DNA from: the human T2T-CHM13v2.0 reference genome, Homo sapiens
Strand: one strand, 5' to 3'
Length of the DNA: 64,000 nt
NCBI RefSeq assembly: GCF_009914755.1
Contig: NC_060934.1
Within the stretch, counting starts at the first letter, position 1; each line of letters starts with the position of its first letter. A program made the position numbers and the translations under genes. Under the pieces are notes generated by a model. The model saw nothing but the letters and a program-made list of their open reading frames with translations, ran no database searches and was not told where the DNA came from. Below are positions 15,152-28,475 of the stretch, one piece after another.

Positions 15152-18100
15152 CCTCCTTGAACATCATGGAATGTTCTGTCACCATACTTAGAGTGAGGGT
15201 AGGAGAAACTACAGAAAGTCCACAGAGGAGTGTTGACTTTGACCACAGGCATGGAAAAGAGAGTCCCTAAAAAAAGGTAAGAAGTATAAGAGAATGTTAA
15301 GGCATGGCCTAACTAAGCATTCAGGACTGGACTGGGATGGGGCTGGGGAATTTGCCGTGGCCACTGGGCAGTTGTTCCTGATAATGGATTCAAATACACA
15401 AAAGCTGCTGAAACTAAAGTTAGAAAACAAATTCACACCAGTGTTGATGAAACCCCACAAAGACCCTCAAAACTCAACCCCACCGCCACCTTACAATGTG
15501 TCAACTGACGCCCTGAGAGTCAGGAGCTGCTCAAGGAGAGCCGCCTTCTTTTGGAAAGAAGCCAGACCCAGCGGCCATCTCTATACTCCTATCCTTCCCA
15601 CCGAGGTTGTGTGGCCGTCTGCTGAGAAGATGCCGAGATTATTTCCAAGAGAGAGATGGGTGACAAGAGCATGATCTATCTTGAAGCTTTGGACATTTCT
15701 GGGCCTGCTGGTTTTGAGATCCCTTGCAGCTTCATGCTTCTACAATGTTGCCTTGGCAGCTTGGAAAAGAAGCAGAATGGAGAAGAGAGCCAAGGCCAGG
15801 TGGGGGTGAGGACGGAATAGAGACACTGGAATGAACTTCCCTGACCCAGGGCATGCTTTCAGCTGGAACTTTAGGAGAGATGTCTCCACTGCATGGCTCT
15901 GTGGGCAGCACCTCCCACTGCCTGCCTCTGGCCCGGTGAGGTGGCTTCTTGTTGTGCACGTTTCTTCCTCTGTCATTGCATTATTTTGTTCAGGACCCTA
16001 CATCCCCCTCCTTCTTATACTAGACTGTGAGCTTCCTGAGGCAGAGAATGGATTCATCTGCATTGTCCCTGAACTGGTCACACAGCACAGGATCAATAGT
16101 GTTTCCGTGGGCTCAGTTGACCTGTTTGTTCTTTGTATTTTCTTTTTCTTTTGTCTTCTCATGGTTCTTCTTGCTGATGGGTGAGGAAATTGATGGCTCA
16201 TGGATGCAGTGACCTGAAGGCTTGCGATTTCTGCCCTGATATCTTTCTACTCCATAAACCTGCTTCTCCCAGGCAGGTGTGGCCCAGAGAGGTCATATGA
16301 TTTAGAATTACAGTTTTACTAGAGGAGTCTGTGAAGATCACTGCTTGACCCTCGTTTCTTTTTAGTCTTCTTTTAATGGTCTTTGTGTCTGTTCTATCTG
16401 TGTGTTTTATGTGAATCCACTGCAAATCTTTATTGGAAGCATCTGTGGTACAAATTAATAAGAAGAAAATATTGGAGTCCACATAGTATAAATATGACTG
16501 GTTAAATCTTTTCAAATATTTAGGTGTATTTTTTTTCCTAAACCAATGCTCTACCTAAACTAATGTTCCACACAAAATTTTCTTTTGCAACTTTAGAAGC
16601 ACTTTTCATGAGCATTATAGCACAAGCTAGCACAATCTAAAAAGAAAGGAAATATTAGAATTGATTCTTTAGCAATTTTGCACAGATGTGTTTTGCAATG
16701 AGCAGTGGCCTGTACTTTATCATGCATCTTTAAAGGAAGTGGTTTTGTTACAGAAATTTCAGCAAAAAAAAAAGACTCTCACTCTAAATAATTAAGAACT
16801 TTTTTTTTACAGTAGAAAATAGAAACTAGAAATATCTGTATGACTTTCTTTTGGCAATGTTATCAGTTTCTTTGTGTTATGAATTGTATCAAACATCCAA
16901 GATCACATGTGCTATTATGGGAGAAGTATGAATTATCTGCATTTAGCTCCCACACCGTAATTGCCATTTACGGTACACTTTTTTTTTATACATAGTTCAT
17001 TTTAATAGTGAGAGTATCAGACTATAAACACCAGCAGTTTTCTTTAATTACTATCCTATATTTTGAATGAGCTCCTATTAAGAAAAAGCTTTTTGCATGC
17101 TAAAATATTTACAACCATTTGTTAAACTTAGACCATTAAGTGGGGAAATAATAATAGTTTTAATTTTAGTCTCAGAAAAAAAAATGAATGATTACACTTA
17201 CTGTGGCTAGTAATTGGCCAGTTGGGTTTTGGGGCTAGAATTTCATCTCCTTCCGACTTTTCTAATTCCAGTTTTTATTTTTCTGCACGTGAACGTTAGG
17301 CAGCAGAGCACGCTGAGATCGTTAGTGTGGAGAATGGATTCTGAGCCTCTCTTTATAGACATGCTTCATTCATATCATGGGTAAGGATCTGGGGAAACGT
17401 CCTTTGCTAATCTAGTTAGCAGCCAGCCCCCAGAGAGACCCTGGAAGGTAGTGCTTTCGTCAAAGGGGGCTGCGGGCTTTGTGCCTCCCTGACCTGTCTC
17501 CGTGTCAGCCACAAGGCAGAACAATAGCAAGCGAGGCCAGAAAGACTTTTAGCCTGATTCATTCAAGAGTAGAGGGTTTTTTGGTGTTTCAAGGAGATTC
17601 TGCATAGACAACCAGGAACAGCTAAATAAATTCTTACGAGCCACAGCAGAGGTCAGAAACAACTCTTGTTGGGTGACAGAGTTTTACTTTTCTACACTTC
17701 AACTTCCAAGCTAGTGATCAGCTGGTAGAAACTCCTGTCAACTGGTTTAAGGACAGATGACTGTGATATATAGGAAGGTGCCACCTGTGAAGCCATGGGG
17801 AGCTGAAGAAGATACTGGAATAGTATCTTCCCAAGCTATTTCCCAAGACTGAGAGCTGGAGGAAATGCCAACACCGAGAGATGGACAGTCCATGGGGAAG
17901 TCTACAGAGACTGGAGAAATACTTGCATCTTCTGCCCTGAAACCAGTCACTCTATTCAATGACTCCAGCTAATTACCTTCACATGATTTACAAGCAAAAA
18001 GATTGTTTGTTTTATTTATCTATTTACCCTAATTCATGATCACTTTCTATCTCTCTTGTATTCTCAAATTAATGTATTTGCTTCTGCTGACAATGGCTTT

Positions 18101-18552
18101 CAGAGCTTAATTATTTTCATAGACAAAATCTCTCCAATACAAATAGAAACTTAACTGTATAGTTATGTCAAGTCACTCCACAGTGGTGACGTCTCATGTA
18201 TTGTTGGAGAACCCACATGCAGTCTTTGGCATGTGATGTTTAAATAGAGACAAAAGAACAACTAATCCACGGTGGACTAACTATAGGATCTATTTTCATT
18301 TTTTCTTTTCTTATTTATTTATGTATTTATTTATTTTGACCCAGAGGATGAAGAGCCATATCCCACGTACTCTACTTTTCCATTCTTCTTTTTTTTCTAG
18401 ATGAGTATTTCTTTGTCTTAATTTCTAATAAACATTTAGTGTTTCTGGTAGAGTTTCTTGGAATTTTAGGATGAGAAGCTGGGGAAGACAGTTAAAGGAT
18501 TACTAACAAACACTGTGAAAATGGATAGAATTTTATTCACAGCAATCAATAC

Positions 18553-18700
18553 GAAATGTCCTAATAGATACATAGGTATACAGCATAAACAGGTAATTCA
18601 AAAGTAAGGAAATACAGCTCGTTAGTGAAATGTCCTAATAGATACATAGGTGTACAGCATAAACAGATAATTCAAAAGTAAGGAAATACAGCTCATTAGT
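18553..18700 (+). repeat. 74-bp tandem duplication (2 copies)
   Basis: 18553-18626 vs 18627-18700, 3 mismatches. Confidence 0.95.
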
Positions 18701-18728
18701 GAATATGTAGAAAACTGTTAAAAGGTGC

Positions 18729-19208
18729 TGTATGAGGGTTCTCCAGAGAAACAGACCAACAGGATGTGCTTACCCAGAAGAAAAGATCTACTATAAGGAA
18801 CTGGTTCCTGTGATTATGGAGGCTGCATACCAAGCTCTGCAGTCTGTGGTCTGGAGACCTGGGAGAGTCCATGGGTGAGTTGCAGTCACAGCTGGAAGGC
18901 TCAAGACTTGGAAAGAGCTAATGTTTTAGTTCAAGCCTGAAGTCAGGAAAAAAATAGTGTCCCAATTCAAAAGCAGACAGGCAGGAAAAATTTCCACTTG
19001 CTTGGAGGAGGTCAGTTTTTTGTTCCATTCAGACCTTCAACTGATTGGATGAGGCTCATGCACATTAGGGACTGCAATTTGCTTTACTCAGTCTATCAAC
19101 TTGAATGTTAATCTCATCCAAGCACCTTCATAAAAATACCCAGAATGTTTGGCCAAATATCTGGGCACCCTGTAGCCCAGTCAAGTTGACATTAAATTCT
19201 ATATCACA
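18729..19208 (-). mobile_element. MLT2 solo LTR (ERVL)
   Basis: 'agggttctccagagaaacag' through 'cccagtcaagttgacattaa..tcaca', the reverse complement of the MLT2 consensus ends. Confidence 0.85.
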
Positions 19209-19519
19209 CATATCATTCCCATCAATAAGCCTGTTGTTCTAACAAAACCCTTCTCTGCCACACAAAGACATTGTTGTCTCTCTATACTTTTTTACATACA
19301 ATTTATTCTGCCTTTCTAAGTCTTACTTAACTTTCAAAGCTAACACTTTAAATTGCCTTTTAACTTTCTTTACTAGCATAGCACTTCATGCATACATTCA
19401 TGGAGCACTAACTACCCATCCCAGTTCTGGCATTTAGCCATTCATGTTGCTCAAAAGACTTGCATGAAAAAGAAATGATGTCGTTTTTAATGTGTAATTT
19501 TTTCGGTTAAAAAAATGGG

Positions 19520-19960
19520 TGCTCCGGTCTATTGCTGGTATGAATATAAATAAGTGCAAGCCTTTTAAGAAAGCAAATTGGCAAAAATCTTAAATGTTCA
19601 TACCTGCTGATTCAGTATCCTTACTTTGGAAAATCTTCCTAAGATAATAATCCCAAAATATGTGGATAAATTGGATGCATACAAAACCTTTCATCAAGCT
19701 GTATTTATAATAATAATAAAATTATAAGAAATGATCTAAATTTAAACATATAGAAATGATTAGTTATAGCATGTTACCACTAGGCAACAAAATATCAAGT
19801 ACTCATCAAAATGTTTGTAAAAGTTTCTAATAATGTAAAATGTGCTTATGTTAGGTGACAAATAACATAGTAGTATAATTACCTTATAAGATATGCAAAA
19901 AAGACTAAAAAATTTCTAAAATATTAGCAAGTAGTGACTTGGTGATAGTAAAGCTACAGA
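19520..19960 (+). mobile_element. Old L1 (L1MC/ME) 3' fragment
   Basis: 'attgctggtatgaatataaat...aaagcaaattggcaaaa' L1 3' region motifs. Confidence 0.55.
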
Positions 19961-20154
19961 TGCCACCTATTTTTGTCTTTCATGTGTTCTTATTAAAAAC
20001 AAACCAATAAGAAACTCAAAAGAATAATTTGACAATTCAGCTCAGTTCAACCCCTTTTTTCTTGTTTTACTACCTAATTAATATAAATAGCATGAATGAT
20101 GTTTTAAATTTAGAGAATGTTATATAAATGAGATCTTAAAAATTCCTCTTACAG

Positions 20155-20390
20155 CAGATCACGAGGTCAGGAGATCGAGACCATCCTGGCTAACATGGTG
20201 AAACAGCGTCTCTACTAAAAATACCAAAAATTAGCCAGGCAAGGAGGCGGGCGCCTGTAGTCCCAGCTACTCGGGAGGCTGAGGCAGGAGAATGGCATGA
20301 ACCCTGGGGGGCGGAGCCTGCAGTGAGCCGAGATCTCGCCACTGCACTCCAACCTGGGCGACAGTGAGACTCCGTTTAAAAAAAAAAAAA
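20155..20390 (+). mobile_element. 5'-truncated AluY (AluYe5-like)
   Basis: TSD AAAAATTCCTCTTACAG (20138-20154 / 20388-20404); 'ccctggggggcggagcctgcag' and shortened 'acagtgagactcc'. Confidence 0.9.
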
Positions 20391-20509
20391 AATTCCTCTT
20401 ACAGAATGTATTTTAACCAGACCATCACTGTTATTCTTTAATAATTGTTTCACTTGGCAAACAGTTTTAGACTGTATTCTGTGAATAAAGTACTACAAAA
20501 GTGGCCTTA

Positions 20510-21212
20510 TACACCAAATATGATCCAGCAATCCCAGTGCTGGGATACGCATCCAACGGCGAAGAAATCAGCCTATGGAAGAGACTTTTGCACTTCCATG
20601 TTTGTGTAGCACTATTCACAATAGCCAAGATATGGAATCAACCTAAGTGCCCATCAGTAAATGAATGGGTAAAGAAAATAAGGCACACACACACACACAA
20701 TGGAATACTATTCTGCCGTAAAAAAGAATAAGATCCTGTCATTCGCAGCAATGTGGATAAGCTTGGAGAAAATTATGTTAAGTGAAGTACATCAAACACA
20801 GAAAAACAAACACTGCACGATCTCACTCAGATGTAGAATCTGAAGAAGTTGATCTCATTGGAGCACGGAGTAGAACAGTGGTCACCAGAGGCTGGGAAGA
20901 GGGGAAGAGGAGGGGGTGAGGAGAGGTTGGTCAACAGGTACAAATTTACAGTTAGATAGAAGGAGTAAGTTCTGGTGTTCTGCTGCACACTAGGGTGACT
21001 AGAATCAATAATAATGTATACTTCAAAATAGCTAGAAAAGAGGATTTTGCATGTTCTCACCACAAAAAATGACAAGTGTTTGAGTGGATGGATAGGTCAG
21101 TCATCCTTGTGTTATTTGATCATTACACAATCGATATATGTATCCAACATCACTCTGTACCCCATAACTATGTACAGTTATTATGTGTCTATTAAAAACA
21201 AAATAAAATTTA
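20510..21212 (+). mobile_element. L1MA 3' end
   Basis: 'atatgatccagcaatcccagtgctggg', 'gcactattcacaatagccaagatatggaatcaacctaagtg', L1MA-type 3' UTR and A-rich tail. Confidence 0.9.
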
Positions 21213-21265
21213 TTTTAAAAAGTCCATCCACTTAAGAGAAAAAGTAATTAGAAAATCGAATCCTG

Positions 21266-21563
<298 letters not shown>

Positions 21564-22496
21564 AGAAAATTGAATCCTGATACCAAAGTTTTTCTGATTT
21601 AAAAAATGTATGTTGAGGTTGATTCTAAGGTATTTTAAACACAGTCTCTGCAAAACTGCCTTTGATAAATACAAGGTCAATTCTGGGTCCAGTATCTAGG
21701 CGTTGCCCTTTGCCACCACCATGGTACAGACTTATTTTTGGTGTATTCCCATCCTTGCCCAATTTGCACCATTATGCAAAGATGATAAAATCAGTCCCTG
21801 GAAGCTGGTGAATTGTGAGACGATTAAAACATAAAATAATAGCAGTAACTCCACACCGCTCATATTGTGCTCGAGAATAGCACGTTAAAGACTCAGCTCC
21901 GCCACATTCTTGGTTGCTGCCATCATGATGAGCAGCTCTGCCCTCAATGAAGCACATTTCCTTTGCAGGTGGAGGCTGCAGCACGCCAGAGATTTCTGTG
22001 ATGCACTCTGGGCTGCCCTAGTGTAAGCAGAAACAGGGGAAGCCTGGGAGTGTCTGTCTGCGGCAGTTTGAGGCAAACTCAACATATATATATATATTCA
22101 ACATTCAGGCAAGCAGTGAACTTTCTGTAATACGTCATGTGTGTTTCACTAGAAACTAATGTTTTAAGTTGTTTAACAATTGAATCCAAACCCAACTTCC
22201 TAAATACCTACCAACTTTCCTCCTTTGGTTTTACAGGTCTCTGAAATGTTACCAAGGACCTCCTGGGTCTGGGTGCCTTAGTTCACGAAATGCTGCCCTA
22301 CCAGATTTTGGGGATCCAGATTTTAGAACAACCGCTTTCAATCTTGGGAAGCAATGACATCGATGATAAAAATCGCCCTGGGGGCAGGTCCCTTGCTGTA
22401 GCTATTTTCATATAAATACCTTCAACAGCACATTAAAACTGAGGCAGAAAACAATGATTACGGCTTCTAAACTTGGATTCATATTTTCAGACCCGT

Positions 22497-22510
22497 GTTG
22501 CTATGGCAAC
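22497..22510. promoter_or_regulatory. RFX X-box motif GTTGCTATGGCAAC
   Basis: Matches the canonical near-palindromic RFX consensus, in unique sequence; occupancy unknown. Confidence 0.55.
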
Positions 22511-23839
22511 AAAAACGGCATTCTTTTAATTCATCAAAAATGTATTTCATTCATACAGTACTTACGTTTCAAGACGGTTAGTAAAGATTAAAGGAGTTCA
22601 AGCATGTAAAACACTTAGGACGGGGCCCAGCACAAAGAAAATACAGAATGAATGTTAATGCTATTAATACTTCAATCTCTTTAATTTGCCAAAGATTTAT
22701 TGGACACTTCTATGTGCTGCACAGTGCTTTAGACTATGCCAAAATAAAAGACCCAAGGATAGAATATATACTGTAGTGGAATTGGTAATCTTTTATTAGC
22801 TTTCAGGTTTGTAACATGAAAAGGATGATAGCAGAATAAGACAGATTAATGTGAAAAGAGGAAGTCACCATAAAATGGCAGGCGCTTTAATAACATGAGA
22901 GTTAATGCCTGCAGAGGACTTCCTCTGTGGCAAACATTGGATGCATGTCTCATGCAACTTCCATGACTGTCCTTCATACAGACAAGGAAATTAAGGATTA
23001 GAAAGGAATTGGCTGCAACACCCGCAGTTGGCAGAACAGCGTTTACTCCGGGCCAATGTGTCTTCAAGCCGGGTGCCTGGAGTCTTACCCCTTCACTCTG
23101 GTAACCTGGAATTGATAGACAGGAACTTGCTCACCACAGCCCCAAGCCTTTTGTAACAACGTGGTGGTCTCCATTTCAGTTGGGACACACCGAAGGCATA
23201 CACGGTCTGCGTGCTGAACACTGGGCAAGGTTTTCTGAGCCAAAGGCTGCCCTGCTTGGGTTGAGCTGGGATCTCTGGAGTTGAGGCTACCTCATTTCAC
23301 TGAGGTAAATAATGATTGGTCTCTCTGTGTTCCACACTAACATAGTTAATTCTATTTTAGTAGGTAATTGATAATATTCTTCTGCCACTGAAATTAATTC
23401 TAACCAGATGCCCAGACTTAATATTTCCAGCATTTGCTTCAGTGGCCCTTGGTTTCAGCATAGTCATTCTCTGCCTGGAATGAGAGTGGGATTGGTAGAT
23501 GGTTTTAATACTCCCTCCACGTTTCAGGTCCTACTGGGCAACATTTACCTTCTGATAATTGCTTAAAAACATACAGAACTATTAAAAGCTAAGGTTTTAA
23601 TGGGCATTATCTCATCCCCAAACTCTCAATGCTCTTCTAACCCACTTTCTATCTCCTACTTGTACTTTTGACCTCTGGAACAAACACGCATTCTTGTGAC
23701 AAGTGTCATGAGAGTTTAATTGTGGTTTGATTGTTTATAACAACCATGTCCAGGCTCCTCGAATATGTCCTAGTTTCATGCTTTTTAACTGTTCTGTTTT
23801 TCCCTCCTTGAAATTAGCACACCTTTTTCCATGTCTATC

Positions 23840-24360
23840 TTAAGGTGTTAATTTGGGTTCTAATTCTAGTTGATTTGTATATTGTATGACTTAACTTTTC
23901 TGACTCTCTGTTTACATAAATGGATGAATAATAGTACCTAGTTTTTAGGCTGCTCTGAGGATGCAAAGATACAGAATATATCAAATTTCTATCACAGTGT
24001 CTGACATTTTAATAACCCATTGCATGTGATTTGGTTATGACATCCTCCTGTTGATAAGAAGGCCTCCTTACACCTCAATCTCCATGTGATCGCATGAACA
24101 ATATCTTTCATTTATGCTCCTTCTTGTGGAGGAGAGATGGCTGGAATTGTTGACTAGACTAAGTGCTTTATGTATACTTTGTCATTGAATCCCCCACAAT
24201 GACCACCCTGCAAGATAGGTGCTATTGTCCCTACTCATTAAATGAAGACACTGAGCCACAGTGAGGGTTAATAGCTTGCTGACAATCTCACAGTGCATAT
24301 AGTGGAGCAGTGGTGAAAACATGGGCCCTCTGATTCCAGAGCACATGTTTTCAATCGCTA
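23840..24360. mobile_element. MIR fragments
   Basis: MIR core motifs ('acttaacttttctgactct', 'atgaagacactgagccacagtgagggttaatagcttgc'). Confidence 0.6.
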
Positions 24361-24726
24361 CCTTAGAGATGCCTCTGAGGGAATTGTATGTTTATTTTTT
24401 ATATAATTGAGCCTGTTTCATTGGCCTCCAAATATGTAGGTCTGTTATGAGATGTTTAGATCCTAATTCAATGATTACATCCCTGTATCTAATAGCTCTT
24501 CTTTCTTTAAACCACGAGCAAGATTCAATCCATATGCCATACAAGTTTTGCTGTAAGTGCTAATTAGAAATTAAAAAATTTTATCGTGCTATAAATACTC
24601 AACCCTTTATTTCTCAGATTTGACACCCTAGGTGACTATATAATATTCACATATAAGGACTTACCCACATTCTCTACAACTTGTTCAATTATGTAAGAAA
24701 AACAATTGTGTAAAAAAATGTTTGGT

Positions 24727-25090
24727 TTTGAGACAGGGTTTTGCTCTGTCATGCAGGTTGGAGTGTGATCATTGCTCACTGCAACCTCCACATCCTGGGC
24801 TCAATTGATCCTCCTGCCTCAGCCCCCGAGTGGGTGGGACTATAGGTGGGTGCCACCACACCAGGCTAATGTGTGTATTTTTTGTAGAGATGGTACTGGC
24901 ACACCATTTTAACTTTGCTAATCAGGTGAGTGTCAGTATCTATTATTATCTTTTTAATTTGGATTTTCTAGATTATTTATGATCTCCCTTTGTTGCCAAG
25001 GCTGGTCTCAAACTCTGGGCACAAGCAATCCACCTCCCCAGTCTCCTTCCAAAGTGGTAAAATTACAGGTGTGAGCCACCATGCCTGGCC
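24727..25090 (-). mobile_element. AluJ containing an ~89-bp L1-like insert
   Basis: Antisense Alu breaks after 'gtagagatgg' (24893) and resumes at 'tctccctttgttgcc' (24983). Confidence 0.85.
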
Positions 25091-26132
25091 AAAAAGAAAC
25101 GTTAAAAAAGTAATGGAATGATAAAGAATAAATCTCAATGACAGCCTCTGCTGCCTTTGCTTCTTAGCGTTAACTCCTGAGCTGCCTCTGTGGGGGCTTC
25201 CCCTTGGGCTCCCAGAGCTGCTTTGCCTGGAGGGTCAGAGAGAAGAAGCGCCTTGGACTCACTTGTGTGACAGCGTCTGAAAGCCTGACTCCCCGGCCCC
25301 TGGAAAGAGTGAACACTCAGGATTCTCCTCTGGGGCCAGACTGCAGCACCAGGGACCTTGCCTGAGATGAGGCTGTGGGTGGGCCCCTTCCTCTTCTTCC
25401 TCTTCCCTGTCAGTTTCACCTGCTTGAAGGCAAATTCTGGTCTTAATTCTAGTGAGTTCGGGTTTGCTTCTGGGGAACCAGACCTGAGACAGGAGAAAAA
25501 CAAGTCCTGCTAAGTGACAGAGGCCCAGTGCCATTACACTGGGGTGGTCAGTTTTCTGGGTTCGATTTGCAGCACCTCCTGCAAGGTTGAGAGCCTTTAA
25601 ACGCATTTGCTCAGGCTCTGGGTGGCTCTACACTCAGCTCCTCTTTTCTAAGATCTGAATTTTGCATGAGAGTGTAAGCCACACACTACCGATCTTTGGA
25701 AATACTCAGGATGTAAACTTCTCCTTAAAGGGGTTGTCTAACAGCTCATATTGGAGATTATTGGGAGACAGGGCGTGAGGTAGAATGGCCTTCTGGCCCT
25801 CTCCTTTCCTTCGTTCATGAGGTTGGAGCAGCTGCTTCCTAACTCTTGTAAAATGCTTTCGTGCTTGTCAACTAAATGTAAGTTACAGCAATCAGAAAGC
25901 CATCCTAAATAAATATCTAATGAGAATCTTCCATGTATAAGATTTAATGCTCTGTGCTCAATGATTCAAAGTACAATTCTGTATATTGACTATCAAAAAT
26001 ATCTAATGTAGAGAAGTGGCTGAAATAAGAAAATAATTAAACATATCGGACAGTCCATCAACAGCTGCCTGAAAGAGATCACTTACTTATTTCAAGAAAG
26101 AAAGAAAGTCGTTATGTTTTTGCATTGACAAC

Positions 26133-26180
26133 TATGTTAGTCAGGATTCTCCAGAGAAACAGAACGAATATATATGTCCT
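26133..26180 (-). mobile_element. MLT2 LTR terminal fragment
   Basis: 'tatgttagtcaggattctccagagaaacagaac' followed by the typical dinucleotide tract. Confidence 0.7.
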
Positions 26181-26184
26181 ATTG

Positions 26185-26186
<2 letters not shown>

Positions 26187-26218
<32 letters not shown>

Positions 26219-26250
26219 CACACACACACACAAATATACACACACATATA
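26187..26250. repeat. (TG)n(TA)n(CA)n microsatellite
   Basis: Directly visible. Confidence 0.95.
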
Positions 26251-26506
26251 TGGTATGGTTTGGCTGTGTCCTCACCCAAATCTCATCTTGAATTGTAGCT
26301 CCCATAATTCCCACATGTCATGGGAGGGACCAAGTGGGAGGTAATTGAATGATGGAGGCAGGCCTTGCCCATGCTGTTCTTGTGATGGTGATTAAGTCTC
26401 ACAAGATCCGATGGCTTTATAAAGGGCAGGACACGCTCTCTTGCCTGCAGCCATATAGGACGTGCCTTTGCTTCTCCTTCACCTTCTGCCATGATGTGAG
26501 GCCTCC
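26251..26506 (+). mobile_element. 3'-truncated THE1B/C LTR
   Basis: Starts 'tggtatggtttggctgtgtcc'; similarity stops abruptly after 'gaggcctcc'. Confidence 0.88.
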
Positions 26507-28354
26507 TGCAGGAGGAAGGCCAGGTGCTAAACACTCAGTTTGGGATGACACAGAAGGCTTTTGTTAAACACGAGCCGCTTCTCTGAGTGTTTTTCAGTTG
26601 GAGCTGAAGTGCTGAGTATGGCAACATTTCAAAGTGCAGCAGGGTCTGGCAGGTTGTGCAACTGTCAAGCCGCATGCACAGGTACCTAGTTTTGTTTTAT
26701 GTTTAAAATCATAGCTTTTCATTGGTAAGGCTTCAATGCAATCTTTCCGAGTGCTACACAAAGATTTGTATACTTGTTAAAAATAGCAAGTTCAAGTGAT
26801 TTATAAATTGTCCATTTATGACGTTGTGTGGTGTTGACCTAAAAGCATGGGTTTGTGTTTCTTACTCTACTGGGGACATCAGGGCCCCCCAGTTTTCACC
26901 AACACATCAGTCAATGTGTATTGATTACCATTCCATGTCAAACTCTATGTCAAATTAAAGAACTAGCAAACACCCTCACTGCTCTCAATGGGTGAATAAT
27001 GCAATTTCTGAGACAAGACAGACACACAAAACTCTCAGTAGCACTCTAAACTATGAGTCTTTTCCTGGGAGTTCAATGAGTGCTTTGAATGCAGAGGAGA
27101 AAGAGCCACCGCCTGAGCTAGCTGTGGACAGAGGCAAAACTCTAACTTCAGCTGGTTTTGAGTGAGAAGTGGGTCTCTGTTAAAATGCTAGTCATGTAAA
27201 AGCATAGTTGCCATCTTGTCATGTTTTGTTTTAAAATGTCAGTTTATAGCCACTAAAATTTGAATCTATCAATCTGTTAAATGATGCAAAATTTCTATGA
27301 TAAATTACAACCATCAACCACTATAGAGCATTTATGGACTAAACTGGATTAATTTATCTTCTACTATAGGCGCCGCACACCATCCTCAGTAAAGCTTCAG
27401 TCAATCGCTGTAAGTGACCAGGAGCCCTGATGGGAGTCACGTTCAGGTTAAGATCAAACAGAACGGCAGTGAGTGGAAGCATCATGGGAGACGATAACAT
27501 CTCAGAGGTGTTGGGAGGAGGAGAAGGTCAAGCCAGGCAGTGGTGGGCCACGTCAGCATGGCCAGGCACACAGCTTCCCTTCCTCAGAAAGACACTCAGA
27601 AATACTGGGGAAGGAGCCATCTTTTCCTTTTTTTGTAATTAGGCAAAAATAGCTACAGGGAGAAATAGCTCTCATCCAAGTCAATCTCCAAGTGACTCGT
27701 TGATGACACCTGTGATACATTCCATGAAGAATCCCTGATGGTCAGGTAGCACAGGCTGGAAGGTCTGCACCTCTTCAGGGAGGTGGAGGAGCTGGTTCCG
27801 TGAAGAGCTGACGTGCAGGTTGAGAACTGAAGGACAGGTAGGAATTAGCTCAGAAAAGCAACAGCAGAATCCAGTGTGTGCAGCACAGTTGAAAGGGAAG
27901 GTGCGTGACACACGAAGGGAGTTAAAACAAAAAGATGAAAAACCAGGCCAAGGTGGTCGAACCAGGAAAAAAAAAAGAAGAAATTGCCACGTGCAGAGGC
28001 TTGACAGGGTGGAGCGAGTCCGGGGGACTCTGTGTGGACCTAGAGTGTGTGTGCATCTGGCTGCTCAGGCAGGGGATAGGAGGCAAAGGCCAGGAGTCAG
28101 AAACAAAGACAAGACAAAAAAACAACAGCTATGAAGCAAAACAGAACAAAAGTGGGACTTCTCTGTCATCAAATTTCTGTCAATTTTGATATCATCCCAG
28201 TGACCATCGGTCTCTGAGCCTCTGCTTCCTTCTTACTTGACATCCCAGTAAGATGGCTGGTGGGAAAATTCACTCATTAACTCAGTTAAAGTGAAGGACA
28301 GATATCTGTGTTTTAAAATTCCTCCACATTGGCTGGCTGGCTCTTTCTCCAGAC

Positions 28355-28475
28355 CTTTCTGTCCCCTCCTCCCCACTCCCCTCCTCTCCTCGTCACTCCT
28401 CTCCTCCTCTCCTTTTCCCTTCCCTCCACCTTCTCCCCTCCCCTCCCCTTCCCTCATCTTCTCTCACCTCCCTTT
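28355..28475 (+). repeat. CT-rich low-complexity tract
   Basis: Almost pure pyrimidine run. Confidence 0.9.
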
